DNA from: Tamlana sp.
GTDB lineage: Bacteria > Bacteroidota > Bacteroidia > Flavobacteriales > Flavobacteriaceae
DNA length: 64,000 bases
Assembly (NCBI GenBank): GCA_049451635.1
Contig: JBMTVT010000001.1
Coordinates: forward strand, 9,644-73,643
Reading direction: 5' to 3'
Shown here: positions 60,961 to 64,000 of the stretch, piece after piece
How positions within the stretch are numbered: the first letter of the stretch is position 1
Layout: each line of letters opens with the position of its first letter
Made by a program: the position numbers and the translations under genes
The notes under the pieces: generated by a model
The model's input: the letters and a program-made list of their open reading frames with translations, nothing else
Database searches by the model: none
What the model was told of the DNA's origin: nothing

Positions 60961-62001
60961 ATGAAATCACTTTTTAAAACGATAGTTTTTGGCTTGCTCT
61001 TAATAGCTTGTAAAACTGCGAATAAAACGGCAGATAATTATACTAATTTAGAGGTGTCTTCAAGTGATTTTGTAGTAGCTTTTGGTTCTTGTAGCGATCA
61101 AAAAAAGGATAATAAGTTATGGAAAGAAGTATTAAAGCATAAACCAGATGTTTGGATATGGGGAGGTGATAATATTTATTCTGATACAGATGACGCTAGA
61201 ATAATGCAAGCTGATTACAATAGATTGTTAAAACAGCCAGATTACAAAAAACTTATAAAAACCACAAAAATTATGGCTACATGGGATGACCATGATTTTG
61301 GTTTGAATGATGGGGGTGAAGAATTTCATTTTAAAAAAGAAAGCCAACGGCTATTCTTAGATTTTTTGGGAGTATCTAAAGATGACGAAAGAAGAAAAAA
61401 AGAAGGTGTCTATTATTTTGAAAATATTGTTAGCCCTAAAGGAACTATTAAGGTTATAGTGTTGGACACCCGTTATTTTCGAACGGCTTTAACCGATGCA
61501 AAAAATTCAAAAAAGAGATATCAACCTAACAATTATGGTGAAGGCACAATTTTAGGAGACAAGCAATGGCAGTGGTTAGAAAACCAGTTGAGAAATTCGC
61601 AAGCAGATTTTAATATTATAGTTAGTAGTATTCAGTTTTTGTCTGGTGAGCATGGTTTTGAAACTTGGGCAAATTTTCCACACGAGGTAGATAAATTAAA
61701 GCAACTAATGGTTTCTTCCAAAGCCAAAGGGGTTTTAATAGTATCTGGTGATAGGCATATTTCTGAATTTTCAAAAGCCAATATTAAAAATTTGGAATAC
61801 CCGCTCATAGATTTTACCTCTAGTGGACTTACACACTCTTATAAAAATTTTAAAAGCGAACCTAACAAATATAGAGAAGGCTTTGTGGTTTCCGATTTAA
61901 GTTTTGGGGTTTTAAAATTTAATTTTGATACAAAAACCGTAGCAATGCAAATGCACGGAATAGATAATGTTTTACAACAGCATCTAATACAAGAGTATTA
62001 A
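60961..62001 (+). CDS. PhoD-like alkaline phosphatase / metallophosphoesterase lipoprotein
   Basis: 346 aa, lipobox LIAC, GDNIYSD, WDDHDFGLNDGG, GDRH. Confidence 0.65.
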   Translation: MKSLFKTIVFGLLLIACKTANKTADNYTNLEVSSSDFVVAFGSCSDQKKDNKLWKEVLKHKPDVWIWGGDNIYSDTDDARIMQADYNRLLKQPDYKKLIKTTKIMATWDDHDFGLNDGGEEFHFKKESQRLFLDFLGVSKDDERRKKEGVYYFENIVSPKGTIKVIVLDTRYFRTALTDAKNSKKRYQPNNYGEGTILGDKQWQWLENQLRNSQADFNIIVSSIQFLSGEHGFETWANFPHEVDKLKQLMVSSKAKGVLIVSGDRHISEFSKANIKNLEYPLIDFTSSGLTHSYKNFKSEPNKYREGFVVSDLSFGVLKFNFDTKTVAMQMHGIDNVLQQHLIQEY

Positions 62002-62142
62002 CTTGTGAGTTTGTTTAAAAAGAGTAATTTTGCACGCAAAATCAAAAGAGGTTTGTTAAATTGTTTTCTATGGTTCAATTTGTGATTTCATGAAGACTTA
62101 TTTATCAAATTATTAATCACTGAATAAATTTAAAAAAACAAA

Positions 62143-62562
62143 ATGGCAACAAATAGAACATTTACAATGCTTAAGCCAGACGCTGTTGAAAAAGGGCACA
62201 TTGGTGCAATATTAGAAAAAATTTCAGCTTCAGGATTTAGAATTGTAGCAATGAAGTTAACTCAAATGACAAAAGTTGATGCTGAAGCATTTTATGCAAT
62301 ACATAAAGAGCGCCCATTTTTCCCTGAATTAGTAGAGTACATGACACGCGGCCCTATAGTGGCAGCTATTTTAGAAAAAGATAATGCTGTTGAAGATTTT
62401 AGAACGCTTATAGGATCTACAAATCCTGCTGATGCTGCAGAGGGAACTATTCGTAAATTATACGCAGCTTCAATTGGTGAGAACGCAATACATGGTAGTG
62501 ATAGTGATGAAAATGCTACTATTGAAGGTGCTTTTCACTTTTCAGGAAGAGAGATGTTTTAA
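62143..62562 (+). CDS. ndk: Nucleoside-diphosphate kinase
   Basis: 139 aa, [15 protein letters not shown]…NAIHGSDS…. Confidence 0.96.
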   Translation: MATNRTFTMLKPDAVEKGHIGAILEKISASGFRIVAMKLTQMTKVDAEAFYAIHKERPFFPELVEYMTRGPIVAAILEKDNAVEDFRTLIGSTNPADAAEGTIRKLYAASIGENAIHGSDSDENATIEGAFHFSGREMF

Positions 62563-62597
62563 GCTAAAAGGAATTGGTATATAGAAGTAGATAAAAA

Positions 62598-62675
62598 CCG
62601 TCATTACGAACGCAGTAAAGTAATCTTTTTATTGATTACTAATAACTTACAGATTGCTTCGTTACTCGCAATTAC
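62598..62675. repeat. REP/MITE-like imperfect palindromic element, copy 2 (inverted relative to copy 1)
   Basis: Its reverse complement …attgcgagtaacgaagcaatctgt…aaaaagattactt…cgtaatgacgg aligns with 42053-42138. Confidence 0.7.
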
Positions 62676-62684
62676 ATAAAATAT

Positions 62685-62716
62685 AAAAAACCCGCAACAT
62701 TGTTGCGGGTTTTTTG
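62685..62716. terminator. Bidirectional terminator between ndk and the convergent csp gene
   Basis: aaaaaacccgcaaca / tgttgcgggtttttt. Confidence 0.85.
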
Positions 62717-62746
62717 TTTCAATAAAGTTAATAAGTATATTTTATA

Positions 62747-62938
62747 TTAAACTACTTTTACGTTTACTGCGTTCAATCCTTTTCTACCTTCCTGTAAGTC
62801 AAACTCTACAATATCGCCTTCACGAATTTCGTCGATTAATCCAGAAATGTGAACAAAATGCTCTTTTTTCGAACCTTCTTCTATTATGAATCCAAATCCT
62901 TTTGAATCGTTGAAGAATTTTACTGTTCCTTTACTCAT
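62747..62938 (-). CDS. Cold-shock protein (CspA family)
   Basis: 63 aa, MSKGTVKFFNDSKGFGFI…. Confidence 0.93.
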   Translation of the reverse strand: MSKGTVKFFNDSKGFGFIIEEGSKKEHFVHISGLIDEIREGDIVEFDLQEGRKGLNAVNVKVV

Positions 62939-63043
62939 GTTTTTAAAATATTAAATTAATTATTTACTGTTGTACAAACTCAGTGCCAAACAATAAATGA
63001 CTATTAATTTAACATAAAGTTTTTACGACCAAAAGATACTAAA

Positions 63044-63081
63044 TAAAAAAAAGTCTATCAAAAATATTTTTGATAGACTTT
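63044..63081 (-). terminator. Intrinsic terminator of the upstream csp paralog
   Basis: aaagtctatcaaaaata / tatttttgatagacttt, with a T-run on the minus strand. Confidence 0.75.
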
Positions 63082-63108
63082 GACATTGTAATTGTTAAAG
63101 TATATATC

Positions 63109-63300
63109 TTAGATTACTTTTACGTTTACGGCGTTTAACCCTTTTCTACCTTCTTGTAGATCGAATTCAACTGCATCACCTTCACGAATTTCATCGATAA
63201 GTCCTGAAATGTGTACGAAATGTTCTTTGTTGTTGTCATCTTCAGTGATAAATCCAAAACCTTTAGAATCATTGAAGAATTTTACGGTACCTTTACTCAT
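63109..63300 (-). CDS. Cold-shock protein (CspA family), tandem paralog
   Basis: 63 aa; 56 of 63 residues identical to the 62747-62938 product by hand alignment. Confidence 0.93.
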   Translation of the reverse strand: MSKGTVKFFNDSKGFGFITEDDNNKEHFVHISGLIDEIREGDAVEFDLQEGRKGLNAVNVKVI

Positions 63301-63388
63301 TGTATTTTGTATTATAATAATTAAGCCCCAAAGGTAGTGTAAATAAGTATAGCTTGTTGGTTTTATTATATTTATTTTGAATTCGTAA

Positions 63389-63685
63389 TTATCTCAAAAC
63401 CAAATTTTTAATAATTTCTTTACCTATTTCTTCATTAAGCATGGTAATTATTTTTTGTTTTCCATAGCTTAATTCCTCTCTCAAAACACTAGAACTTAAT
63501 TGAATGTACAACGTATCGCGTTCCAAATTTACCGATGTTGTGTAATTATTTACGCCATTTCCCATAAGTTTTGCCCAAGCATCGGCCACATTTACTTTAT
63601 TTAGGCCCTTTTCTAGTTTGTTGGTTTCAACAAATTCCTTTAGTGCGTCGCTAATACTTATATGTTCGTTGTTACGTTTGGTCAT
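63389..63685 (-). CDS. DUF721-family protein (DciA-like)
   Basis: Start moved to the ATG at 63685 (MTKRNNEHISISDALKEF…), 4 nt after the recF stop. About 98 aa. Confidence 0.6.
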   Translation of the reverse strand: MTKRNNEHISISDALKEFVETNKLEKGLNKVNVADAWAKLMGNGVNNYTTSVNLERDTLYIQLSSSVLREELSYGKQKIITMLNEEIGKEIIKNLVLR

Positions 63686-63689
63686 TGGG

Positions 63690-64000
63690 CTATAAATTAA
63701 AAATTTCATATGATTGATGCACCAGTTTCACAACATTTTCAGTACGTTCGGCATGGGTATCGCTAATAAATAGTTGCCCAAAGTTTTCATCATCTACCAG
63801 TTTAATAATTTGAGTTACACGGTTTTCATCTAGTTTGTCAAAAATATCATCCAAAAGCAAAATGGGGTTTACACCACTTTGGGCTTTTATAAAATCGAAC
63901 TGCGCCAACTTTAAGGCTATTAAAAATGATTTTTGCTGACCTTGGCTTCCAAATTTTTTTATAGGGTGCGTTTCAATATTAAAATGTAAATCATCTTTAT
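63690..64000 (-). CDS. recF: DNA replication/repair protein RecF, C-terminal part (5' end outside the window)
   Basis: …[22 protein letters not shown]…[15 protein letters not shown]…FISDTH… Signature and D-loop motifs; the frame is open to the window edge. Confidence 0.85.
   Translation of the reverse strand, partial: KDDLHFNIETHPIKKFGSQGQQKSFLIALKLAQFDFIKAQSGVNPILLLDDIFDKLDENRVTQIIKLVDDENFGQLFISDTHAERTENVVKLVHQSYEIFNL

Overview
AT-rich, tightly packed bacterial chromosome segment, almost certainly from a Flavobacteriia (Bacteroidota) genome. Supporting this: a fused SecDF, a GldI-like lipoprotein PPIase, a T9SS C-terminal sorting domain, TAnnTTTG -7 promoter boxes and no obvious Shine-Dalgarno sequences. 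Nt 1-15.7 kb hold the conserved str/S10/spc/alpha ribosomal cluster (fusA through rplQ, including secY, infA, rpmJ, rpoA). I added two short genes missing from the ORF track (rpmD, rpmJ) and corrected several TTG-extended starts. The rest is mostly housekeeping: carA, eno, gltA, argS, ffh, folD, queE, gyrB, mdh, secDF, lgt, ndk, two csp genes, recF, and a DUF1800/DUF1501 pair. About six accessory loci look decayed. The standout is a minus-strand operon at 42.6-47.8 kb, gatC-gatA-gatB::aspS. There a complete GatB and a complete bacterial-type aspartyl-tRNA synthetase form one 1112-aa ORF. The operon is preceded by a 15-codon leader ORF with 10 Asn codons (MVNNNNNNNFNNPNF), a candidate antiterminator, and a strong intrinsic terminator 17 nt before gatC. 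I read this as an Asn-tRNA-sensing, ribosome-mediated attenuator controlling a covalently fused transamidosome for tRNA-dependent Asn-tRNA(Asn) or asparagine synthesis. Other observations: a duplicated rplQ terminator bracketing a ~790-bp insertion, structured spacers before rplC, rpsH and rpsD, a Tat signal combined with a T9SS domain on one protein, REP/MITE-like palindromic elements, and a dual cyclophilin-FKBP PPIase. No rRNA, tRNA, CRISPR array or transposase was recognised. All calls come from reading the sequence and ORF translations; no database search was run.
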